A DNA stretch of 64,000 nucleotides from Escherichia coli (GCF_003790525.1 NZ_CP033635.1), one strand, 5' to 3'. Shown: positions 36,819-49,100, counted from the stretch's first letter. Translations and numbers: made by a program. Notes: generated by a model not told the origin, from the sequence alone.

Positions 36819-38186
36819 TTAGATTGCCCAACCACCCGCGTAAAATGCGACCAGTGCGGCAGTAATGATCACCGTACCAATATTCAGCTTTTGCCATTCG
36901 CGGGCAAAGACGCGGCCTACGACCAGTGTCACAAAGCCCAGCATAATACCGGTAACGATATTACAAGTCAGAACGATGAACACGGCACACACCAGGCCAG
37001 CCATAGCGTCAATAAAATCATTGAAATCCAGCTTCGAGACGTTACTTAACATCAGCAAACCTACGTACATCAGAGCGGGTGCAGTGGCGTAACCAGGGAT
37101 CAAAAATGACAGCGGTGATAAGAACAGAATCAGGAGGAATAACGCCCCCACTACGGTTGCGGTCAACCCTGTTTTACCCCCGGCGGCGGTTCCTGCCGCT
37201 GATTCGATATAAACCGCTGCGGGCGCTGCGCCCACCAGGCCGGAGAATATTGAACTTACTGAGTCACTGGTCAGGGCTTTGCCGCCGTTGATGATCTGGT
37301 TGTCTTTATCCAACAAATTCGCCTGACCGGCGACGGCACGGATGGTACCAGTGGCGTCGAACACTGCGGTCATCACCAATGCCAGTACACTCGGAAGTAC
37401 AGTTGGCTGGAGTGCGCCCATAATATCGAGGCTGAAAATCAGAGACTTACCATCTTCGCCAGTCAGGCTTGGCATCGCCACCAGACCGTGGTATTTCACC
37501 GCTGGATCAAAGATTAAGCCGATGATCGAGATGGCAATAATCACCAACAAGATCCCGCCGGGTACGCGGCACTTTTCCAGACCGAAGATGACCGCCAGCC
37601 CCAGTAAGCTCATCATCACCGGGAAGGAGGTAAACGCACCGAGCGCCACTGGCAAGCCTTCAATCGGGTTTTTGATAACCATTCCCACACCGTTAGCAGC
37701 AATCAGCAGCAGAAACAGGCCGATACCGATACCTGTACCGTGAGCTATCCCCATCGGTAAATTACGTAAGATCCAAGTACGCACACCGGTTACGGAAATG
37801 GCGGTGAAGATGACGCCCATCAGAAAGACCGCGCCCAGTGCGACAGGAACGCTAATTTGTTGCCCGAGTACCAGACTGAATGCGGTAAACGCCGTCAGGG
37901 AAATCGCGCAACCAATCGCCATTGGCAAATTGGCCCATAACCCCATCAGCAACGAGCCGAAGCCCGCGACCAGACAGGTGGCAACAAACACAGCTGCGGG
38001 AGGAAAACCTGCTTTGCCCAGCATTCCCGGAACAACGATAACGGAATAAACCATGGCCAGAAAGGTCGTTAAGCCAGCCAGTACTTCCTGACGAACGGTA
38101 CTGCCACGAGCGGTAATTTTAAAATAATTATCCAGCGCGCCCTGTGGCTTTGGTGCGTCCGGTGTTTGTAGGATGTCTCCAGACAT
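36819..38186 (-). CDS. ghxQ: Guanine/hypoxanthine permease (NCS2/AzgA-like family)
   Basis: 455-aa polytopic membrane [37 protein letters not shown]. Confidence 0.85.
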   Translation of the reverse strand: MSGDILQTPDAPKPQGALDNYFKITARGSTVRQEVLAGLTTFLAMVYSVIVVPGMLGKAGFPPAAVFVATCLVAGFGSLLMGLWANLPMAIGCAISLTAFTAFSLVLGQQISVPVALGAVFLMGVIFTAISVTGVRTWILRNLPMGIAHGTGIGIGLFLLLIAANGVGMVIKNPIEGLPVALGAFTSFPVMMSLLGLAVIFGLEKCRVPGGILLVIIAISIIGLIFDPAVKYHGLVAMPSLTGEDGKSLIFSLDIMGALQPTVLPSVLALVMTAVFDATGTIRAVAGQANLLDKDNQIINGGKALTSDSVSSIFSGLVGAAPAAVYIESAAGTAAGGKTGLTATVVGALFLLILFLSPLSFLIPGYATAPALMYVGLLMLSNVSKLDFNDFIDAMAGLVCAVFIVLTCNIVTGIMLGFVTLVVGRVFAREWQKLNIGTVIITAALVAFYAGGWAI

Positions 38187-38221
38187 AATGATGTCCTCAC
38201 GAGGATGTTAAAGTTTTATTA

Positions 38222-39541
38222 TTAGTTGCGTTCGTACACCAGACGACCATCAACGTAGGTGCGGTAGATCGAACGGTCATCGCCCAACGTCATCATCACG
38301 AACAATTTGTCGACTAAAGAAACAGAGTTGTCATAGCGCAGCTGCTGTAGCGGAGTGGCGGTGGGTTCCATCACCACGAAATCAGCCTCTTTGCCAGGTA
38401 AAAAGTTGCCAATCAAATCGTCAAGGCCCAGAGATTTCGCTCCGCCGAGCGTGGCCAGGTAAAATGCTTCATATGCCGAGAGGCGATAGCCTTGTAATTG
38501 CAATACCTTGTAGGCTTCGTTTAGCGTTTGCAGCATGTTGAAAGTGGTTCCGGCACCGATATCCGTTCCCATGCCCACTTTAACTTTCTTCTGCCATGCT
38601 TTTTTCAAGTTGAATAAGCCGCTGCCGAGGTAAAGGTTGGAGGTCGGACAGAAAGCAATGCTGGATTTGGTTTCGCTGAGACGATCCCACTCTTTTTCTT
38701 CGAGATGGACGCAGTGAGCAAAGACACAGTTTTTACCGGTCAGACCGTACTGATGGTAAACATCCAGATAACCATCATGGTCAGGATAAAGCGATTTCAC
38801 CCAGGCAATTTCATCTTTGTTTTCACAGAGATGGGTATGTACCCACGTATCCGGATATTCTTCTTTCAGGCGTTGCGCCATCGCCATCTGTTCAGGAGAT
38901 GAGGTAGGGGCGAAGCGTGGCGTAATCGCATACAACAGACGACCATTTTTGTGCCAGCGTTCGATCAGTTCTTTGCTTTGGTGATAGCTGCTTTCGGCAG
39001 TGTCGAGCAGATAATCCGGTGCGTTGCGGTCCATCATCACCTTACCGGCAATCATACGCATATTGATATGACTGGCGGCTTCAAACAGCGCATCAACGGA
39101 TTGCGGATGAACAGTGCCAAACACCAGCGCCGTGGTGGTTCCGTTACGTAAAAGCTGCTTGATGAAGAATGCCGACATTTCGCGGGCGTACTCTAAATCC
39201 TCATAACGACGTTCAGTAGGGAAAGTGTGTTTATTCAACCACTCCAGCAATTGTTCACCATAGGCCCCCACCATTTCACTTTGCGGATAATGGATATGTG
39301 TATCGACAAAGCCCGGTACTATCAGTTTGCCGCGATAGTCGCGCACGCGAATGGTGTCAGGAATTTGATGCTTTCCGTCTTCCCATTCGCCAAACCATTC
39401 CACTTTTCCCTGTTTAATGAGTAATAAACCATCCTCAATAAACCGCAGCGCAGAGGCAATCTCTTCCGGGTTATCGACCGTACGGGTGACATCAATAAAA
39501 CTGCCTCGTACCGCTTTTAACGTGTGTTCTCCTGACATCAT
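38222..39541 (-). CDS. guaD: Guanine deaminase (amidohydrolase superfamily)
   Basis: ORF track 479 aa; trimmed to MMSGEHTLKAVRGSFIDVTRTVDNPEE (439 aa) with SD aaggag. Confidence 0.85.
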   Translation of the reverse strand: MMSGEHTLKAVRGSFIDVTRTVDNPEEIASALRFIEDGLLLIKQGKVEWFGEWEDGKHQIPDTIRVRDYRGKLIVPGFVDTHIHYPQSEMVGAYGEQLLEWLNKHTFPTERRYEDLEYAREMSAFFIKQLLRNGTTTALVFGTVHPQSVDALFEAASHINMRMIAGKVMMDRNAPDYLLDTAESSYHQSKELIERWHKNGRLLYAITPRFAPTSSPEQMAMAQRLKEEYPDTWVHTHLCENKDEIAWVKSLYPDHDGYLDVYHQYGLTGKNCVFAHCVHLEEKEWDRLSETKSSIAFCPTSNLYLGSGLFNLKKAWQKKVKVGMGTDIGAGTTFNMLQTLNEAYKVLQLQGYRLSAYEAFYLATLGGAKSLGLDDLIGNFLPGKEADFVVMEPTATPLQQLRYDNSVSLVDKLFVMMTLGDDRSIYRTYVDGRLVYERN

Positions 39542-39555
39542 TGACTCCTTTACTG

Positions 39556-40956
39556 TTAATCCATCTCTTCCGCTGAGGTAATACCAGGCAGAACGTTTTC
39601 CTGTCGGTAGCCACCAGGGAGGATAATATTTAATAAAATCGCAGTTAACCCGCCAGCACAAATAGGGTTTTCAACTAATACATAAATAGAGGCTGGCAAT
39701 ATTTTAAAAATTTCGGGATCGTAGGAGACGCCAAGTCCTAAACCTAAAGAAGTGGCGACAATAAGTGTTTCTCGGCGCTTTAAACCGTTGGTGATGATGA
39801 TGCGAATCCCAGCGATAGCAATCATGGAAAACATCAACGTCATTGCGCCTCCCAGAACTGCCGAGGGTATGGTTGTGAAGAAGCCGCCAATCATCGGAAA
39901 CAAGCCGAGGATAACCAGCATTACCGCGATGGTTCGCCCGACATAACGTGAAGCGACGCCAGTCATCTGAATAACCCCATTATTTTGCGCAAACGTGGTT
40001 AATGGTAATGAACCGACAGCGGAGGCGATAACAGAAACCAGACCATCTGCCAGCACGCCGCCTTTCAGTCGGGACTGATACTCTTCCCCCTGAATGGGGC
40101 GGCGGGAAACCATTGCCGTGGCGGTGATATCGCCGACTGCTTCCAGCACGCTAAGCAGATAAATCGTGCCAACCACCAGGAACTGATGGAAGCTAAAACT
40201 AAAGCCGTATTTGAACGGATGCGGGATGGTGATTAACGGCAAATTGCGCATACTGCTGAAATCCACCATGCCCAGGCATAACGATGCGATATAGCCGACA
40301 CATAGCCCAATGGCGATCCCTCCCATGCGTAGCAACGGACTGCGACAGCAGTTAAAGCCGATCACCACAATTAAAACCAATAAACCAACGCCGAGATGTT
40401 CGTAATTGCCGAACGTACCGCTGCTTTTGGCTGCAAATCCTCCACCAAAATCGATAATGCCGACTTTAATCAGGCTTAAGCCGATCATCAGTACCACAAT
40501 ACCGCTGACGGTAGGCGTAATAACCCGACGTAAATAGGGCAGGATAAATGAAGATCCGACAACCAGAAATGCGCCAACGAAGGAGACGCCGAGGAGCGAC
40601 GACATGATTAACTCTTCGTGAAAACCGTCGCTTTTCATGCTGCTGCCCAGCGCAATCATGACCGTAACAAATGAAAAATTGACTGACTGAATTGAGAGAA
40701 GACCAGAACCGACGATGCCGTAGCGGTTTACTTGTAACCAGGTACCAATACCAGAGGCGATCATCGCCATAGAAACCAGATAGGCGGTTGTTTCAGCGGA
40801 AAGCTGTAAGGCCGCACCCACGATTAACGCGGGGGTTACCATCGGAACGAAAATTGCCAACAGATGGGTAATGGCACCAACGAGAGCCTGATGAAAGGGA
40901 GGGCGATCCTCCAGTTCAAATATAAGGTCAGAACCTGCATGGTTTATATCAGACAT
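39556..40956 (-). CDS. xanQ: Xanthine permease (NCS2/NAT family)
   Basis: ORF track 485 aa; trimmed to MSDINHAGSDLIFELEDRPPFHQ (466 aa). Confidence 0.85.
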   Translation of the reverse strand: MSDINHAGSDLIFELEDRPPFHQALVGAITHLLAIFVPMVTPALIVGAALQLSAETTAYLVSMAMIASGIGTWLQVNRYGIVGSGLLSIQSVNFSFVTVMIALGSSMKSDGFHEELIMSSLLGVSFVGAFLVVGSSFILPYLRRVITPTVSGIVVLMIGLSLIKVGIIDFGGGFAAKSSGTFGNYEHLGVGLLVLIVVIGFNCCRSPLLRMGGIAIGLCVGYIASLCLGMVDFSSMRNLPLITIPHPFKYGFSFSFHQFLVVGTIYLLSVLEAVGDITATAMVSRRPIQGEEYQSRLKGGVLADGLVSVIASAVGSLPLTTFAQNNGVIQMTGVASRYVGRTIAVMLVILGLFPMIGGFFTTIPSAVLGGAMTLMFSMIAIAGIRIIITNGLKRRETLIVATSLGLGLGVSYDPEIFKILPASIYVLVENPICAGGLTAILLNIILPGGYRQENVLPGITSAEEMD

Positions 40957-41089
40957 CCCTTCACTCCTTTTAAAGTAAATTTGATCATCTGAATCAGTAA
41001 AATAAATTCCCACGAATTTGGGGCGCAGGACGCCTTGAGAACGGCTTATCTCATTTTCGCAGTCACTATTTAGTCATCGTCCAAACAGA

Positions 41090-41111
41090 GAAACAGGCCG
41101 CCGAAGCGGCC
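41090..41111 (-). terminator. Terminator hairpin after xdhD
   Basis: ggccgccgaagcggcc palindrome 10 nt 3' of the xdhD stop, flanked by T-rich sequence on both strands. Confidence 0.4.
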
Positions 41112-41120
41112 ATTTATTAT

Positions 41121-43991
41121 TTATATTTTTTCCAGCGCGGTGAGTATTTTCTCCGGTGTGAAATGCCATTCGCGTAACCAGATGCCGCATGCATCGTGAA
41201 TTGCGATAGCAATCGCCGGAGCTGCGCCATTTACACCGATTTCCGAGATCGATTTCGCCCCGAACGGGCCGACTTTATCGTCGCTCGGCACCAGCACAGC
41301 GCGGAAATCACGCGGAATGTCACCAATTTTCGGTGCGCCGTAACTGCGTAAATCACGCGTTAACGGGTGACCTTCGGCGTCATAAATGATCTCTTCGCTC
41401 ATACTGTGGCCGATAGCTCGCAGAGTGGCACCGTAGATTTGTCCCAACGCTAACTCTGGATTGACCGGTGTACCGCAATCCAGCAAGGCGTAGAATTTAT
41501 CCAGGCGGATTTCACCCGTACGCGTGTTGACGGCAACTTCAGCAAAGTTTGCGCCATACGGGAAGGCGAAATCAGGCGTGATATAACTGCCAGTTCCCAC
41601 CAGTGAACCAAAGCCGGTGCCGGTTTCGCCTTTATGGGCTATCTCTCCGAAACTAACTTCGCCTTTCTTGCCGCGAACGACGCCCGGCGTTGCTAGTTGA
41701 ACATCTGCCACTGGCTCACCCAACATTTGCGCGCCGTGGAACAGGATTTTCTCCCGCAGATTTTCCGCTGCCAAACGCGCAGCGTTACCCGAGAAGCAAG
41801 TACCGGACGAGGCATATGCGCCTTTATCAAACAGTGCATGATCGGTATCACCAGAGATAACATGCACGTCCTGCGGTGGGCAGTGCAGCACTTCTGCTGC
41901 CAGTTTCGTCACCACAGTATCCAAACCAGTACCAATATCCGCACCGCCAGAATGAACGATAAAGGTACCGTCTGATTCCAGTTTGATCATGCAGTTAGCC
42001 TGATCGATATCCGGGATACCCGATTTCTGCATGATAATGGCGACGCCACGACCGATGTGCCAGTCACCGTTTTGTGGTTTTGGTGAAGACCATTGGATCA
42101 TCTCGCGACCCTGACGCAGGATCTCTTCCAGTGCGCAGCTGGCGGCGGAAGGAACGGAGGTCGGCGCTTTACCTTCACCGATTGCACCGAGAATTTTCAG
42201 CTCTTGCCCTTCGTGTACCCGGTTACGTTCGATAATTTCCAGTTGGTCGATCTGTAACTGTTCAGCCAGTTCCGCTAATGCCATGGTGATAGCGAAGTTA
42301 CCTTTCGGTGCGCCATAACCCTGATAAGCACCATTTGGGCAAATGTTGCTGTAGTAGGTGGTGACCTGGAAATCGACGTTATCGCACGGATATAACGGCA
42401 GCGACAGCGCCGGTCCGTTACACGGTACGGTGAGTGAGTGGTTGCCGTAAGGGCCAGTGTTGGCGCGGAAATCCATCTTCACTGCCGTCAGGCGACCATC
42501 TTTTTTCGCTCCCAGTTTGACGGTGACTTTCGCGACGTGACGAGAGGTGTTAGCAATAAACTCTTCTTCACGGGTGTAGCGGAACAGTACCGGACGCCCG
42601 GTCACGCAGGTTGCCCAGGCGCACACTTCTTCCAGCAGGATGTCCTGTTTGGAACCAAAACCGCCGCCAACTCGCTCTTTAATGACATGAACTTTATGTT
42701 GTTTCATGCCCACGAGGCGCGCGACCTGGCGGCGTAAGTGCCATGGTACCTGGGTGGAGGCGTGGATAACCAGACGATCGCCGTCCATACGGGTAAAGCA
42801 GATATGTGTTTCAGTCGGGCACTGCTGCGCCTGCGTTGAGTTATAGGTTCGCTCAATGATCACATCGGCATCGGCAAAGCCTTTGTCCATATCGCCAATA
42901 TGACCATGGATACTGGCAGCGATATTTTTGCGTGGGCGAGAACCGATCGGGAAGTTGATGATCATATGCTCGCCGCGCTGGGCTGCATGGCTGTTATCAT
43001 CTTCCAGAGTATCTGGCGCACCAGCAACATACACCACCGGTTCATCGTGCACCACAGGCGCATCTTCCGCCATTGCCTCGTCAATCGACATTACTGGCTT
43101 AAGCACCTCATATTCAACGTCGATGAGCTTCAATGCTTCGAGCGCAATGTCTTCACTTTCAGCGACGACCGCAGCAACACGATCGCCGACGTGACGCATT
43201 TTCTTGCCGAACATACGGCGGTCAAGCGGTGACGGTTCCGGTGCGCTCTGACCACCCGGGGTATAGTAGATATCTGGGCAATTCAGGTGAGTAATAACGT
43301 GAACGACGCCCGGTAAGGCTTCAGCTTTGCTGACATCCAGATGAGTAATCAGTGCGTGAGCGTGTGGGCTACGTAACATTTTAATGACGCAGGCGTCAGC
43401 CGTTACGCGGTCTTCAACATAGCAGGGTTTCGCCTGCACCATTTTCGCGGCATCAGTTTTAGGATAATGCTTGCCAATGACTTCAAGGTCGTCACGGAAA
43501 GTCGGAGCGATATCAATGGTGGCCTGCGGATTATTTTTACGTGCAACCGCCAGTTCAATGACCTGATAGTATTGCTGCCAGCCAGCATCGCGGCTAAACA
43601 GACCTGAGAGCGCGTCGTCGATCTCTTCGCGGGTAGGTGCGGCGATGCGATCGAGAAGATCGGTGATAATCAGAGCCGCAGCTGGATCGTTATAACCAGA
43701 CTGCACCACGCCAACATCAACCATGGCCTGTTGAACCAGACTTAACTCGTTCCATTTGCCCAGAGATTCTGCGGTACGAATATCTGCCTTCTCTAACTGT
43801 GCGGCAATAAGCAAGGACGCGTTAACGATATTACCGTTAAAGATAATTGCGTCAGAACCGGCAAACCCAAAACCATCATCACTGTTGCGTACAGAGTGCA
43901 TTCCCATGTTAAACAACAGCTTTTGCACGTTTTCGCCTGGATTAACGGTTAGCTCCTGAGGCGCGCCATTTAAAGTAAAGTGGATGATCAT
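41121..43991 (-). CDS. xdhD: Molybdopterin-dependent hydroxylase XdhD (fused 2Fe-2S and Mo-cofactor-binding subunits, xanthine dehydrogenase family)
   Basis: 956-aa ORF MIIHFTLNGAPQELTVNPGENVQKLLF. Confidence 0.88.
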   Translation of the reverse strand: MIIHFTLNGAPQELTVNPGENVQKLLFNMGMHSVRNSDDGFGFAGSDAIIFNGNIVNASLLIAAQLEKADIRTAESLGKWNELSLVQQAMVDVGVVQSGYNDPAAALIITDLLDRIAAPTREEIDDALSGLFSRDAGWQQYYQVIELAVARKNNPQATIDIAPTFRDDLEVIGKHYPKTDAAKMVQAKPCYVEDRVTADACVIKMLRSPHAHALITHLDVSKAEALPGVVHVITHLNCPDIYYTPGGQSAPEPSPLDRRMFGKKMRHVGDRVAAVVAESEDIALEALKLIDVEYEVLKPVMSIDEAMAEDAPVVHDEPVVYVAGAPDTLEDDNSHAAQRGEHMIINFPIGSRPRKNIAASIHGHIGDMDKGFADADVIIERTYNSTQAQQCPTETHICFTRMDGDRLVIHASTQVPWHLRRQVARLVGMKQHKVHVIKERVGGGFGSKQDILLEEVCAWATCVTGRPVLFRYTREEEFIANTSRHVAKVTVKLGAKKDGRLTAVKMDFRANTGPYGNHSLTVPCNGPALSLPLYPCDNVDFQVTTYYSNICPNGAYQGYGAPKGNFAITMALAELAEQLQIDQLEIIERNRVHEGQELKILGAIGEGKAPTSVPSAASCALEEILRQGREMIQWSSPKPQNGDWHIGRGVAIIMQKSGIPDIDQANCMIKLESDGTFIVHSGGADIGTGLDTVVTKLAAEVLHCPPQDVHVISGDTDHALFDKGAYASSGTCFSGNAARLAAENLREKILFHGAQMLGEPVADVQLATPGVVRGKKGEVSFGEIAHKGETGTGFGSLVGTGSYITPDFAFPYGANFAEVAVNTRTGEIRLDKFYALLDCGTPVNPELALGQIYGATLRAIGHSMSEEIIYDAEGHPLTRDLRSYGAPKIGDIPRDFRAVLVPSDDKVGPFGAKSISEIGVNGAAPAIAIAIHDACGIWLREWHFTPEKILTALEKI

Positions 43992-44767
43992 ACGGCTTCC
44001 TCCCCAGCCTGTTGGCAGTCGGCATACAGGTCGGCTACCAGAACTCCCGTGATATAGCGTTTATAGGCCACGCTGCCCCGCAAATCTTCCTGCGGGAAAA
44101 TGGCGTTGGCGACAGCCTGTTCAAGGGCATTGCCTTCCAGATTTTGTTTTTCGACATCGTGCAGACGCAGTGCTTTACTGGCGACGCCATCCAGCGCAAT
44201 TCGCATACCGTCGTGGTCTGTCATTGCAACGGCTGCCGTCACGACGGTTAAACCTGCCTGAGAACGGCTAATTTTGCGGGTCGCACAGGTGCGATACGGA
44301 TCTTTAATGATAATTTCGGTTAACAGGCGATCGCATGGGCAGGCCAGGTAGTCCTCGATTGACAGCGTTTCGCCGTTGCCAAAAACCAGTTCAGCATCCA
44401 GTGCCAGCAGGACGGGAAGCAGCACCGACTCTTCCTGCCGGGCGGCGATTTCACCACCAATGGTCGACTGATTACGAACATGGCGTGAGTAAACAAAACC
44501 GAGAGCTTCACGCAGTGCTGCAGGAATAAATCGTGCATCACGCAGTGACTGCAAGCGAGACATTGCGCCAATTCGTAGTGCACCGTTATCCCAGTCAATC
44601 CAGTCCAGCTCCAGATCCTGCAAGGAAATGGCAATCTTTTTATCGGTACGGGTTGGTGTAGCGTTGAGTTTGCTGCCCCCGGCGAACCAGACGGCTTCAT
44701 CCTGGTAGCGGCGCTTCAGTTCCAGCGCTTGTTCGACAGAGTCGGGTCTGAAAAATTGTTCAATCAT
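43988..44767 (-). CDS. ygfM: FAD-binding subunit of molybdenum hydroxylase (CO dehydrogenase flavoprotein-like)
   Basis: 259-aa ORF; 4-nt stop/start overlap with xdhD. Confidence 0.85.
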   Translation of the reverse strand: MIEQFFRPDSVEQALELKRRYQDEAVWFAGGSKLNATPTRTDKKIAISLQDLELDWIDWDNGALRIGAMSRLQSLRDARFIPAALREALGFVYSRHVRNQSTIGGEIAARQEESVLLPVLLALDAELVFGNGETLSIEDYLACPCDRLLTEIIIKDPYRTCATRKISRSQAGLTVVTAAVAMTDHDGMRIALDGVASKALRLHDVEKQNLEGNALEQAVANAIFPQEDLRGSVAYKRYITGVLVADLYADCQQAGEEAV

Positions 44768-44817
44768 CGTCTTTCCTTAATTTCCCCTCTTCTCTGAAAG
44801 AAGAGGGGAGCTGTTAT

Positions 44818-46146
44818 TTATGCCAGCGCATCCATCCGACGCCACATACTGGCAGCGGCTTTTCTGGCTTGCGCATAAATGGAATCGCAATCGAAGTTAA
44901 ACTGACGGTCTTCATAGACCATCACACCATTGACCATCACGCTGTGAACGCTGCCTGAGCCCATACCGAAAGCGATATGCCCGGCGATATTGTCTGCCAG
45001 CAGCGGCGTTGGCGAGTTGTAATCACAAATGGTTAAATCGGCTTTGTAACCGGCTTCCAGAAGGCCAAATTTCGCGCCAAAGTTGCGGCTCATCAGTTCG
45101 TTGCCGTTAGCCAGTGCTTTGGCAAAACTGTCAGGCCACAGCGGGCCACCCGCATCGCGATGTTTAAAGAAGGCAAATTTCATCTCTTCAAACATGTCCG
45201 AACCAATGCCGTCCGTTCCCAACGCCAGATTGCGGATGTCGCTAAGGTGATGGTTGTAGCCGACATGGTTGTTCATGTTTGAACGGGCGTTATGCACCAG
45301 GAACGCATCGCGCTGATTGAGTAGGGCGATGTCATCTTTCGACAAGTACAGCCCATGAGCGACCAGCGTTTTGCTGTCGATGAGATCGAATTGCGTCAGT
45401 CGTGCCAGTAGGTCTTTGCCGTACCAGTGGTGACTGTAGGAAACGTCGTAAAGGTCTTCCGCAGCGTGAATATGCAAACCACGACCTGTGGTTTTCACGG
45501 CTTCACGCAGCATCTCCAGACCGGCATCCGGCACGGTAAACGGCGCGTGAGCGCCGATATGTGCTTCCACCAGATACGGCTCGGTTGCTGCTTTCTTCGC
45601 CTCATCAATCTGACGGGCGAAGCGGATGTTTTCTTCTACACCTTCCTGCAACTCTTTGATGCCGTTGTTACGGTCAGTAGTTTCAAAACAGGTCATCGCG
45701 CGCAGGCCAACTTTTAAAAATGCGTTGCGCAATGTGGAGAGCGACCCGTCGATATACGCCGGAGAGGCATGGTGATCGATAACCGATGTACATCCGCTCT
45801 TAATCGCTTCCAGGGAACAAATCAGTCCGCTGTAATAGAGCGACTCTTCATCAAGGGCGCGATCGAGCCGCCACCAGAGATTTTTCAGCGTTGAGATGAA
45901 ATCCGGGCAGGGGGCGATATTTGCCATAATTCCGCGGGAAAGCCCCGAGTAAAAATGGTTGTGCGAGCAGACAATCCCAGGCATCACAATCCGGCCATGC
46001 ATCTCTTTGTAGCTGGCATCGGGGTAGCGTTGCGTCAGGGCATCGCCGATAGCGACAATCACATCATTTTCGATGGCGATATCAACGCCTTCCTGCACTT
46101 TCGCCGGGTGTAACTGCACTGCGGTGACATTCTTCAGAATCAACAT
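44818..46146 (-). CDS. ssnA: Amidohydrolase-family protein SsnA (chlorohydrolase/aminohydrolase-like)
   Basis: ORF track 464 aa; trimmed to MLILKNVTAVQLHPAKVQEG (442 aa). Confidence 0.85.
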   Translation of the reverse strand: MLILKNVTAVQLHPAKVQEGVDIAIENDVIVAIGDALTQRYPDASYKEMHGRIVMPGIVCSHNHFYSGLSRGIMANIAPCPDFISTLKNLWWRLDRALDEESLYYSGLICSLEAIKSGCTSVIDHHASPAYIDGSLSTLRNAFLKVGLRAMTCFETTDRNNGIKELQEGVEENIRFARQIDEAKKAATEPYLVEAHIGAHAPFTVPDAGLEMLREAVKTTGRGLHIHAAEDLYDVSYSHHWYGKDLLARLTQFDLIDSKTLVAHGLYLSKDDIALLNQRDAFLVHNARSNMNNHVGYNHHLSDIRNLALGTDGIGSDMFEEMKFAFFKHRDAGGPLWPDSFAKALANGNELMSRNFGAKFGLLEAGYKADLTICDYNSPTPLLADNIAGHIAFGMGSGSVHSVMVNGVMVYEDRQFNFDCDSIYAQARKAAASMWRRMDALA

Positions 46147-46148
46147 GA

Positions 46149-49100
46149 TTACACCTCCACGCGGCCCAGCAGATAATGATGATGCTGGTGGACATGGCTG
46201 ATGATACGGCACATATCGTTCAGCTCCGGTGGTACGTTGTTGAACTGACCTTCGCTGTCGATGTTTAACACCCAGCTTTGGTTATTCAGACGTACGCGTA
46301 CCCGGCAATCTTCCACAAGGAAGCCTGGGTTGCTGCTGTTATCAAAGTCTTGCGACAGGCTGAAGACGGTGATTTTGTCTTTGTACGGTTTACCGTTCCA
46401 CGGGCAGAATTGGGCGCAGTTGCCGCATTCGTTGCAGTAGGCATCGAGATGCAGCGTCTGGAAACGGTTCTGGAAGCCAGGAACCGCAATGGAGACGTTG
46501 GCGCGGTTCGGGCAGACATCCACACACTTGCTGCAAACGTAGTTACATTCAAGGCAGCGTGCGGCTTCCTGGGCGACAAACGCGTCACGATCGTCACTGT
46601 TCACCAGAGTGATAGAGATATCGCCTTTACGTTGATAGATTTCCGCCGGATTGACGTTGTTCCAGTATTTATCGTTCTGGTGGGAACGGATATTTTCCCG
46701 ACTCAGGATTGCATCGGTCGCCCGACGCGCGGTTCCGACAGCAGCGACAATGGAGGATGGTCCGCGCTGTACGTCGCCGATCATAAAGACGTCAGTCAGA
46801 CGCGTTTCGCCATTATGGTCGACGTCTGGCCAGCCGTTTTTGTCCAGCGGCACGCCCATTGCATTCAGGGCTTCAGTATCCTGCTGTTCACCAATGGCGG
46901 TGATCAGGCTGTCTACATGCAGCGTTACTGTTTCGTTGGTTTCAACCGGACGGCGACGACCTTTCTCATCAGGTTCGCCAAGCGACATAACGCGCAAGGT
47001 TAAGGTGCCATCAGCATCGAAACGTTCCGGATTATTCAGAAAACGGAACTCCACGCCGTCGTGCAACGCTTCTTCATACTCTTCGCGCCATGCTGGCATC
47101 TCTTGCAGTGAACGACGGTAAACGACCGTTGCTTTTTCTACGCCTGGAACGCGTAACGCCGCACGAGCGCAGTCCATTGCGGTGTTACCCGCCCCGACAA
47201 CGACCACATGTTTGCCCAGCTTGAGCGCGGTGCCCTTGTTGTATTCACGCAGGAAGGGGAGTGATTTCCAGACATTTTGGTTGTCGCCCGCCAGTTTCAC
47301 ACCGCTATTTTTATCGGTACCGGTGGCAATCAGAACATAGTGGAAGCCCTGATTTTTTAACTGTTCGACGGTCAGATCCGGTGAGCAGCCATACTCAAAT
47401 TTCACGCCGTGAGCGGCAACAAAATCGATATCGTGCTGAATTAACTCTGCAGGAATACGGAACTGAGGAATGATATTTTTCACCACGCCGCCCGCATTGG
47501 CTTCGCGTTCAAACAGCGTAACCGGATGGCCCGCTCTGGCAAGGAAGTAACCTGCTGCCAGACCCGCCGGACCTGCACCAATCACGGCAACCGGATGGCG
47601 TGAACCAGAACCGGCTGGTTTGTGCCAGCGTTGCTTATATTCATCCCAACCTTTTTCCAGCGCGACTTTTTTCAGTTCGCGGATATTCAGCGCACTGTCG
47701 TAATCCAGGCGAGTACAGTTGTATTGGCACTGGTGATCGCAAATATGACCGGTAATGGCGGGCAGGGCGTTTCGTTGATAGATGAGTTCCAGCGCGTCGG
47801 CATAGCGGTGTTCGCCAAGCAGACGGATGTATTCCGGAATATCTTGCTTGATAGCGCAGGCAGTAACACAGGGGGCAACGTAGCAATCGGTCAGCGGCAG
47901 GTCTTCAGCCACTTCAATACGCTCTTCTGGCTTCCAGTGTTTCTGGGTGTATTCCATGGTTAACGCATCTGCTGCCAGTCTGTTCAGTCGTTCGACGTCA
48001 ACATGGTCAAGTCCCCAGGCGTTGGAGCCTTCCAGCTCGCGCATGCAGGCACTTAAGCGCAGATAGCCGCCAGGTTTCAGCAGGTCGGTTGCCATAGTAA
48101 TAGGGCGAATACCAGTATCAAAAATATCGCGGATAGTCAGCTGACTGGCACCACCGGAATAAGAAATGGGCAGTTTGCCGTCAAAGGCGCGAGAGAGAAC
48201 TGCTGCAACGTTGATGGAGAGCGGGAACAGCGCACGGCCTGACATATACATCTCTTCACCAGGCAGTGCGCCTTTATTGTTGATGGTGCCGAGAGTGTTA
48301 GTCAGTTTTACGCCAAAGCCGAGTGATTTTTCTTTTGCCAGTGCCATCAGGCGTTCCAGCATTTCCAGCGCTTGCGTCAGCTTGAGGTCGTGATCAAATG
48401 ACTCTTCTTTTAAGCCTATGTAACCGAAACCGCAGACATCAAGGATCTCACGAACACGCGCGTACCCCAGTAAGGTCGGGTTGAGTTTCACAAAGGTATT
48501 GAGCCCTTTTTCTTCCAGCATGTAGCGGCAAATGGCTTCGATTTCATGCGGAGGACAGCCGTGCATGGTGGAGAGGGTAACACCTTGTACCATGCTGGTG
48601 GGGATGCGAGCGGGTAAGGCTTGCAAGCTTTCGCGTTTTTCCTGTAAGCCGTGGCGGGCTAAAAATGCCTCATCCTGGAGTAGCTTATTAAGTGCATCGC
48701 GGTATTGAGCGAATTTCGGATGGTCAGATGCGTCCATCATATTGTCGATGAACTGCTGCATCGGCGGTTGCTTAATACCTTCGAGGTTGTAACCGACGCT
48801 CATATTAAAGATGAACGATTTACCGGAATCAGAAGGCTGGAACATCGCTTCGAGAAGGTGCAGGGCAAACCAGGCTTTGAGGTATTCATCCCAGGCTTTA
48901 AGCAGGGTAAATTCGGTAGACCATTCGGTGTTAAAGCACTCGTCTTCGGCATCGATACAGGGCTTTTCCAGCTCCAGGCGGTCAAGAATTTGGACGGTTT
49001 TTAGTTCGATGAAGCGTCCGCCAGTCAGCCAGGAAGTGACAATATTTTGCGCGAGCTGCGTGTGCGGGCCAGCGGCAGGGCCGACGGGAGTGGCACAGGT

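Noticed and set aside
46278-47003. 241-aa plus-strand ORF antisense to ygfK, and similar ORFs antisense to gcvP, pepP, uacT, xdhD and scpA
   Set aside because: All sit inside longer, well-supported genes on the other strand.
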